Positions 63,441 through 64,000 of a stretch of 64,000 nucleotides of DNA are shown here, piece by piece. A program made the position numbers and the translations under genes. Each line of letters starts with the position of its first letter. Position 1 is the stretch's first letter. The notes beneath the pieces were generated by a model. That model saw nothing but the letters and a program-made list of their open reading frames with translations, was not told where the DNA came from and ran no database searches. This DNA comes from Chloropicon primus (taxonomy: Eukaryota). The stretch covers positions 248,001 through 312,000 of the forward strand of contig CP060769.1 in the NCBI GenBank assembly GCA_023205875.1, written 5' to 3'.

Positions 63441-64000
63441 TCAAGCCTTGCTGGGGAACCCCTCCTCCCCAATGGCCTCCATGCGCTCAAGCATCTGGTC
63501 CACGTCATCGAAAGTGACGTTGTCGGCGTTGGCGAACACAATCCGAAAGAAGTTAGGCTTGCCGTCCAGTGGTTGGAATCCAATGAGGGCATCCCCCGTC
63601 TGCTGCATCCTGTTCTTGATGTAGGGAGCGACTTTGGCGATCCTGTCCAGCGCATGTTTGTCCGCAGTGGAAAAATCGAATGGTCTCAGAGCCCGAGGCA
63701 CGTACCAGAATCCTACATTGGTGCACGACCGGGGGAAGGTCAGAGCAAACTTGCCCCCAGAACTTTCAATTCTCTCCTGAATGTGGTCAGCCAGAGCGTA
63801 CAGGTGGTCCACCCGCTTCTCGAGGCCTACGTCCCCGTACGCCTTCCACATGAGCCACAACTTGGCGGCATCCGCGCGCTAAATGATCGAAATCCACAAG
63901 AGTCAGTCCGGTGAAAAAAAATGAGCGATGAGCATCTCCCGCTATCAGTAACTTACCCGGCCGCATTGAATCGTTTTGTCGCCGACATCATACTCCGTGT
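63441..64000 (-). CDS. Group II PLP-dependent decarboxylase (GAD/CSAD/ADC-like), C-terminal exons
   Basis: Exons 64000..63957 and 63878..63441 (intron GTAAGT..CTGAC..TAG) give [40 protein letters not shown].RM and NFFRIV. Confidence 0.9.

Overview
Eukaryotic nuclear DNA from a compact, GC-rich, intron-poor green alga. The lineage is inferred from plant-type CDPK, AP2, HPAT, SPS and ACBP4 genes together with an axonemal dynein, and the style suggests a Chloropicon-like picoalga. About 27 protein-coding loci are present. Housekeeping genes: TrpB (partial), a G-patch protein, CDPK, MCM6 (with E2F sites), HPAT, RsmE, a spliced ACBP4-like gene, solanesyl-PP synthase, head-to-head NSUN2/NOP2 separated by a ~180-bp tandem repeat, ARFRP1, eIF4G, spliced CUL4 and a partial GAD/CSAD-like decarboxylase. 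The most interesting items are: (1) a single-pass receptor kinase whose ectodomain reads as CBM2-like plus CBM3 (bacterial cellulose-binding type), next to a Cys-rich secreted propeptide; (2) a 6-kb cluster of secreted proteins comprising two S1 proteases, two near-identical glycine-zipper prepropeptides with divergent Cys-loop tails, and a PAN/Apple-like protein, with RxxL/RxLx maturation motifs in the proteases and prepropeptides; (3) a spliced 105-aa protein with 9-residue S-x-N repeats that the ORF track truncates; (4) a 2-bp frameshift splitting the 14-kb inner-arm dynein gene; (5) a decayed ankyrin-repeat pseudogene between two AP2 paralogs. All family calls come from motif recognition by eye; no searches were run.
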